From the NCBI GenBank assembly GCA_963851265.1, contig CAWKNZ010000010.1:96001-160000 (forward strand): a DNA stretch of 64,000 nucleotides, in the 5' to 3' direction. This DNA is from an uncultured Gemmatimonadales bacterium (GTDB lineage: Bacteria; Gemmatimonadota; Gemmatimonadetes; Gemmatimonadales; Gemmatimonadaceae). The translations under genes and the position numbers were made by a program. The notes below the pieces were generated by a model. That model was not told the origin of the DNA. It did not search any database and worked only from the letters and a program-made list of their open reading frames with translations. Below, in pieces: positions 58,939 through 64,000 of the stretch; within the stretch, counting starts at the first letter, position 1; every line of letters begins with the position of its first letter.

Positions 58939-59268
58939 CTAACGCGAAGTGGGAGAGACGGCCGCGACGCGGAGCGCGGCCGAGAGTGCCGATGGGGCCT
59001 TGGCCGCCGGCGCGATCTGCGCGGTGCGCGTGGGGTACCCGTTCGCGCCGGGGATCCACGGGCGCCACTGCCAGACGAGGATGTGGGCGACGATGGCGAT
59101 CGCGAGGAAGCCGAGGAAGCTCATCGTGAACGCCGTGTGGAACCCGCGCGCTTCATCCTCGTTCAGCCCCGACGTGGGGGTGGACGGGCGCGCGGTCAGG
59201 TCGCCGTACCCGCCGCCGTAGGGCGGTTGGGACGTGGCGGTCGACTGCATTCCGATCGGGGCGGTCAT
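58939..59268 (-). CDS. pufB: LH1 beta polypeptide with terminal extensions (109 aa)
   Basis: SGLNEDEARGFH..F..SF..F.AIAIVAHILVWQWRPW; GGAGG RBS before ATG 59268. Confidence 0.93.
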   Translation of the reverse strand: MTAPIGMQSTATSQPPYGGGYGDLTARPSTPTSGLNEDEARGFHTAFTMSFLGFLAIAIVAHILVWQWRPWIPGANGYPTRTAQIAPAAKAPSALSAALRVAAVSPTSR

Positions 59269-59395
59269 AACAACCTCCGGGGTGTGGAGAGCGCCGCCGC
59301 CCGGCCGTGGCCGGCCGTCGACGGCGTGGTGAGCGACGCCGCGCGCGTGCACGTCACGCGCGGGCGCCGCGGGGACGGCGCGCCGGGACCGGCGC

Positions 59396-59443
59396 GCCTA
59401 ACATGTAGCCCAACATAGTGTCCGACACATCGCCTAACACGGG
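59396..59443. repeat. Four 12-bp-phased direct repeats in the divergent pufB/bchO region
   Basis: GCCTAACA (59396), GCCCAACA (59408), GTCCGACA (59420), GCCTAACA (59432). Confidence 0.7.
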
Positions 59444-60332
59444 GCCCGACTGGGCCGAGTGGCGCGGCCGCTGGCCCAACGCGGCCGCCAGCCGCTTCGT
59501 CCGCGCCGCCGGCTACACCTGGCACGTCCAGGTCGCCGGCGCCGGCCCGCCCCTGCTCCTCCTGCACGGCGCGGGCGGCGGCACGCACAGCTGGCTCCGC
59601 GTGCTGCCGCGCCTCGCGACGCGTTACACCGTCGTCGCCTGCGACCTGCCGGGGCACGCGTTCACCGACGCGCCGCCGGCCGACCGCCTCACGCTGCCCG
59701 GCATGGCGGCCGACGTCGCCGCGCTCCTCGCCACGCTCGGCCTGCGCCCGCGGCTCGCCGCGGGTCACTCGGCCGGCGCGGCCGTGCTGCTCCGCATGGC
59801 GCTCGACGGCGCCCTGCCCGACGCGCGCGCGCTCGTCGGCATCAACGCCGCGATCGTCCCGCCGCCCGACGTCTACCGCCTGCTCGGCGGGTCGTGGCTG
59901 CGCGGCGCGTTCACGGGGCTGTTCACCGGCCCGCTCGTCACCCGCCTCACCACGCGCTACGCCGCGCGCGCCGGCGCCGTCGAGGCGCTGCTGCGCTCCA
60001 GCGGCTCGCGCGTGCCGCCGCTCCTCGTCGCCTGCTACGAGGGCCTCGCGACGAGCGAGCGCCACGTCCGCTCGACGCTCACGATGATGGCCGAGTGGCA
60101 GATCGAACCGCTCCTGCGCGACGCGCGCGCGCTGCGCGTCCCGACCGTGCTCCTCTCCGGCGCCGACGACCGCTGGGTGCCGGCCGGCGCGGTACAGCGC
60201 GTCGCCGCCTACGTGCCGGGCAGCGAGTTCGAGCTGTGGCCGCACCAGGGCCACCTCATGCACGAGGAGCTGCCCGACGCCACGGCCGACCGCGTCCTGG
60301 CGCTCGGCGCCGCGCACGGCCTGGGCGGCTGA
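59418..60332 (+). CDS. bchO: Alpha/beta hydrolase BchO
   Basis: WPN..ASRFV.A.G..WHVQ..G.GP.LLLLHG.G...HSW, DLPGHAF, GHSAG, GHLMHEE. Confidence 0.88.
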   Translation: MSDTSPNTGPDWAEWRGRWPNAAASRFVRAAGYTWHVQVAGAGPPLLLLHGAGGGTHSWLRVLPRLATRYTVVACDLPGHAFTDAPPADRLTLPGMAADVAALLATLGLRPRLAAGHSAGAAVLLRMALDGALPDARALVGINAAIVPPPDVYRLLGGSWLRGAFTGLFTGPLVTRLTTRYAARAGAVEALLRSSGSRVPPLLVACYEGLATSERHVRSTLTMMAEWQIEPLLRDARALRVPTVLLSGADDRWVPAGAVQRVAAYVPGSEFELWPHQGHLMHEELPDATADRVLALGAAHGLGG

Positions 60333-60355
60333 CCCCTCGCGAGCCCGCGCGCCGC

Positions 60356-61849
60356 TCACGCCCCGGCCCCCGCGAGCGCGCCGCGCGCGCCCTCGACGAA
60401 CGCCCGCGTGACCGCCGCCGCGCCCGCGTGCCGCGCGTCCCGCTCGGCCCGGTCACGAATCCGCTTGGCGACCGAGATGCGGGCCACGTACGGCGCGGCC
60501 TCCACCGCCTCGTCGAGGCCGGCCTGCGCGCCGTCGTCCCACGGCAGCGCGTCGTCCGCCGCGACGACGCCCGCCGAGCCGGCCGCCGCACCCGCCGCGC
60601 GCGCCGGCGTGGCGTCGATCCGGTCCAGCTCCGTGCCTAACGGGATGATGTGGAACAGGGTGTCGAACAACGCGTTGCAGCACTCCTGCACGAGGTACGT
60701 CGCGCCGGCGTACCCCATGAAGGGCGTGCCGGTGTGCCGCCGCACGACGGCGCCCGGGAACGACGCCGGGATGTACGTCGCCCGCCCGCCGGTCTCCGCG
60801 AGGTACATGCGCTCGTTGAAGCTCCCGAACAGGACGAGCGGCGGCCGCTCCTTGATCGACTGCCGCACGGCCGCGTTGTCGGTCTTCTGCCCGGGCCGCC
60901 GCGCGACCGCGAAGGTGCACGGCATCCCGAGCTCCTCCTCGAGGAAGTGCCGCAGCCCGCGCGCGTACGTCTCGTTCGCGACCACGCCGAACGACGCCGT
61001 GCCGAAGAAGTCCTGCGTCACGCTCCGCCACAGATCCCAGAGCGGCTTCACCGTCGTGTGCTTCTCGCTCGCGATGAACGGCTCGGGGTCGAGGCCGAGC
61101 TCCGCGCCGAGCGCCCGCAGGAACGCCGTGGTGCTGTGCAGCCCGATCGGCGCCTGGAAGTAGGGCCGGCCGAGCGCCTCGGCCAGCAGGCGCCCGTACT
61201 CGCGGTACATCACCACGTTCGCCTCGGCATCGATCAGCCGCGGCACGTCGGCGAGGTGGCAGCCGAGCGGGAAGGTGAGGTTCACCTCCGCGCCGATGCC
61301 TTCGACCAGCCGGCGCAGCTCGGCGAGATCGCTCCACACGTTGAACGTGCCGTACGCGGGGCCGAGGATGTTCACCCGCGGGCGCTCCCCGGCCGCACGT
61401 TCGCGGGGCTTGGGGGCCACGCCGCGCTTGAGCCCGTACTCGGTCCACAGCCAGGCCATCGCGCGGTTCGCGCTCTGCCACTGGTCCTCGTCGATCGTGC
61501 GCGGCAGGAAGCGCTGGATGCCGGTGCCTTCGGGCGTCACGCCGCCGCCGATCATCTCGGCGATCGATCCGGTGACCACCACCGACGGCAGCTCGGGGTC
61601 GAGCGCGCGGTGCGCGCGGCGCATGGCGCCCTCGGTGCCGTGCTGGCCCAACTCCTCCTCGCCGAGGCCGGTGACGACGATCGGCAGCTCGTGCGGCGGG
61701 AGCGCGTCGGTGTAGTGCAGGACCGACGTGACCGGGAGGTTCTCGCAGCCGACGGGGCCGTCGATGACGACCTGCAGCCCCTTCACGGCCGTGAAGACGT
61801 ACACGGCGCCCCAGTAGCCGCCGGCGCGGTCGTGGTCGAGGACTAACAC
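60356..61849 (-). CDS. bchZ: Chlorophyllide a reductase subunit Z
   Basis: GTG with [56 protein letters not shown]. Confidence 0.96.
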   Translation of the reverse strand: MLVLDHDRAGGYWGAVYVFTAVKGLQVVIDGPVGCENLPVTSVLHYTDALPPHELPIVVTGLGEEELGQHGTEGAMRRAHRALDPELPSVVVTGSIAEMIGGGVTPEGTGIQRFLPRTIDEDQWQSANRAMAWLWTEYGLKRGVAPKPRERAAGERPRVNILGPAYGTFNVWSDLAELRRLVEGIGAEVNLTFPLGCHLADVPRLIDAEANVVMYREYGRLLAEALGRPYFQAPIGLHSTTAFLRALGAELGLDPEPFIASEKHTTVKPLWDLWRSVTQDFFGTASFGVVANETYARGLRHFLEEELGMPCTFAVARRPGQKTDNAAVRQSIKERPPLVLFGSFNERMYLAETGGRATYIPASFPGAVVRRHTGTPFMGYAGATYLVQECCNALFDTLFHIIPLGTELDRIDATPARAAGAAAGSAGVVAADDALPWDDGAQAGLDEAVEAAPYVARISVAKRIRDRAERDARHAGAAAVTRAFVEGARGALAGAGA

Positions 61850-61878
61850 GGAGCGCCTCCCCGCGATCGCGACGCGCA

Positions 61879-63432
61879 TCAGACCATCTCCTCCGCCTTG
61901 CGCGCCCGCGCGAGCTTGACGAGGTGCCGCTTGTAGTGCTCGCGGAACTCCGGCCGGTCCTGGGGCAGCTCGTTGGACGCGGTGCGCTCCCACACACCTG
62001 CCGCGTGGCCCTCGCCCACCCCGGCGAAGAACTCGCGCATCCGGTCGAACCGCGCGCGGTTGGCGACGGCCCCGTTGACGACCGGCGCGAGCGCTCCCGC
62101 CCCCGCCGGGCCCATCAGCGGACGCGCGGAGATCAGGTTCGTGAAGTAGAGCGCGGGCACGCCGCGCTCCTTCGCGTGCTGCACCACCGGCGTCGTCCCG
62201 ATCGCGACGTCGGGTTGGAACTCCTCGAACGCGGCGAGGTCCTGCTCCAGCGACGCGCGGTACTGCACGTGCACGCCGTGCGCGGCGAGCCACTCGCGGT
62301 CGGGCTCGCTCCAGGGCGTCCGCGGGCAGGCCGTGCCGACGTAGCGCACGTCCGCGCCGCTCTCGACGAGCAGCCGCGCGACGATCAGCTCCGACCCCTC
62401 GTACCCGGAAAGCGTGACGCGCGCGTCGATCCGGTTGGCCGCGAGCGCGGCGCGGATCGGGTGCAGCACGCCCTTGGCGGTGTCGATCGCCGAGCGCGCC
62501 GCGCCCGTCGCCTCGCCCACCGCCTCGAGCCACGCGGCCGTTCCGTCGACACCCACCGGCGCGGAGGGGAGCACGCGCCGCCCCGCCGCCTCGAACTCGC
62601 GCACCGAGGCGACGTAGAAGGGGTGCAGCGCCGCGACCACCGCGCCGTCGAGCGCGGCGTACAGCTCGCGCCACTCGCGCGTGGGCACCGCCGGCCCCGC
62701 CGCGAGGCCTAACGGTTCGAGCAGCCGGCCGATCACGACCGGGTCGGCCGGGAACAGCTCGCCCAGCAGCGTGACGGTCGGCTTCGCGCTCACGCCCGCG
62801 CGCGGCGCGCGCACCGGGCCCTGCTCCGCCTCGCCGCGCGCGTAGCGCAGCATCGCGCCGGCCAGCACGTCCTTCGCCTCGGCGTGCGTCGGCACGCCGA
62901 AGCCCGGCACGTCGATGCCGACCACGCGCACGCCGTTGATCTCCTTCGGCAGCAGCTGCAGCGGCACGCCCGACGCCGTGGGCACGCACAGGTTGGTCAC
63001 CACGATCGCGTCGTACTGCGCAGGGTCGGCGAGCTCGTGCACCGCGTCGCGGATGTCCTCGAACAGCTTGCCGGTGACGAGCGACTCGGAGTTGAACGGC
63101 ACGTACCCGACGGTGCGGCGCGCGCCGTAGAAGTGGCTCGTGAACGTCAGGCCGTACACGCAGCACGCGCTGCCCGAGAGCACGGTCGCCGTGCGGCGCA
63201 TGCGCAGCCCGACGCGCAGCGATCCGAACGCGGGGCACATGCTCTGCGGACGGTCGTGCGGGCCTTTCGGGTAGTCGCGCGCGAACCCGTCGAGCACGTC
63301 GCCCTTGCCCGCGGCGGTCGCGGCCGCGCGCAGCTGCTCCGCCCCCGCGTGGCAGCCGAGTCCGTCGACGCCGTCAGTGGGCATGTTGGGCACCGCCTCG
63401 GGGGCAACCAGTGTGGCCATCGTCGCGCTCAC
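61879..63432 (-). CDS. bchY: Chlorophyllide a reductase subunit Y
   Basis: [45 protein letters not shown]. Confidence 0.96.
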   Translation of the reverse strand: MSATMATLVAPEAVPNMPTDGVDGLGCHAGAEQLRAAATAAGKGDVLDGFARDYPKGPHDRPQSMCPAFGSLRVGLRMRRTATVLSGSACCVYGLTFTSHFYGARRTVGYVPFNSESLVTGKLFEDIRDAVHELADPAQYDAIVVTNLCVPTASGVPLQLLPKEINGVRVVGIDVPGFGVPTHAEAKDVLAGAMLRYARGEAEQGPVRAPRAGVSAKPTVTLLGELFPADPVVIGRLLEPLGLAAGPAVPTREWRELYAALDGAVVAALHPFYVASVREFEAAGRRVLPSAPVGVDGTAAWLEAVGEATGAARSAIDTAKGVLHPIRAALAANRIDARVTLSGYEGSELIVARLLVESGADVRYVGTACPRTPWSEPDREWLAAHGVHVQYRASLEQDLAAFEEFQPDVAIGTTPVVQHAKERGVPALYFTNLISARPLMGPAGAGALAPVVNGAVANRARFDRMREFFAGVGEGHAAGVWERTASNELPQDRPEFREHYKRHLVKLARARKAEEMV

Positions 63433-64000
63433 TCAGACGGCGTCGTAGACGATTTCGAGCGACGGGCGCGTGACGATCGCGCCCCCGCACATGTCCGCCA
63501 TCGTCGCCGGGTCGAGCACGACGTCGCGGCCCACCGCCTCGGCCGCGAACAGGTCGAGCAGCGCGTTCTGCGAGAGCGGGCGCGGGCGCACCGGCGGCGC
63601 CTCGGCGACCGCGGTCGCGAGCTCCTCGAAGACCGGCGCCCAACGCGTGCCGGGGCGGCCGATGATCTCGTAGTTCGCGCTCTTACGCCGGATGTCCTCG
63701 TGCGCGGGGATCGCCGCGAGCACGGGGATGCCGGCCGCCTCGGCGAACCGCGCGGCCTCACCGGTGCCGTCGTCCTTGTTCACCACGAGCCCCGCAACGC
63801 CGACGTTGCCGCCGAGCTTGCGGAAGTACTCGACCGCCGAGCAGACGTTGTTGGCGACGTAGAGCGACTGCAGGTCGTTGGAGCCGACGACGATCACCTT
63901 CTGGCACATGTCGCGCGCGATCGGCAGCCCGAAGCCGCCGCACACCACGTCGCCGAGGAAGTCGAGGAGGACGTAGTCGAACCCCCACTCGTGGAAGCCG
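63433..64000 (-). CDS. bchX: Chlorophyllide a reductase iron protein X (5' end beyond window)
   Basis: [48 protein letters not shown]. Confidence 0.95.
   Translation of the reverse strand, partial: GFHEWGFDYVLLDFLGDVVCGGFGLPIARDMCQKVIVVGSNDLQSLYVANNVCSAVEYFRKLGGNVGVAGLVVNKDDGTGEAARFAEAAGIPVLAAIPAHEDIRRKSANYEIIGRPGTRWAPVFEELATAVAEAPPVRPRPLSQNALLDLFAAEAVGRDVVLDPATMADMCGGAIVTRPSLEIVYDAV

Noticed and set aside
59270..59440. PpsR box upstream of pufB
   Set aside because: TGT and ACA triplets are present but not at the N12 spacing.

Overview
Very GC-rich bacterial DNA (roughly 73-75% by eye), most consistent with Gemmatimonadota (family Gemmatimonadaceae). The left half (1-31.5 kb) holds an fdhD/OFA-transporter/mobA-mobB-moeA block, araA, a ferritin-like pair, a PEP-CTERM protein, a degenerate PAS-GGDEF protein facing an alpha-oxoamine synthase, a PCYCGC-DUF2911-MFS-amidohydrolase run and a GH1-GH16-GH3-GH30-DUF1080 glucan locus. 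The right half (31.5-64 kb) is an anoxygenic type-2 photosynthesis gene cluster: hemJ-hemF-hemA-bchP-bchG-ppsR-aerR <> bchFNBHLM-bciE-like-acsF-lhaA-puhA(split)-puhBC-tspO >< orf-pufCMLAB <> bchO >< bchZYX (bchX cut by the window edge). Its gene order and split H subunit match Gemmatimonas-type phototrophs. It also has an appended C5/aerobic tetrapyrrole module, a Cys-free PpsR and Pro/Ala-extended RC/LH subunits. The strongest unexplained signal is a non-palindromic heptamer, GCCTAAC/GTTAGGC. It occurs 35 times by manual count, in different reading frames and on both strands, forces rare TTA codons, and forms a 12-bp-phased array between pufB and bchO. Two apparent single-base frameshifts (GH30, bchB) may be assembly errors. 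I saw no rRNA, tRNA, CRISPR or transposase.
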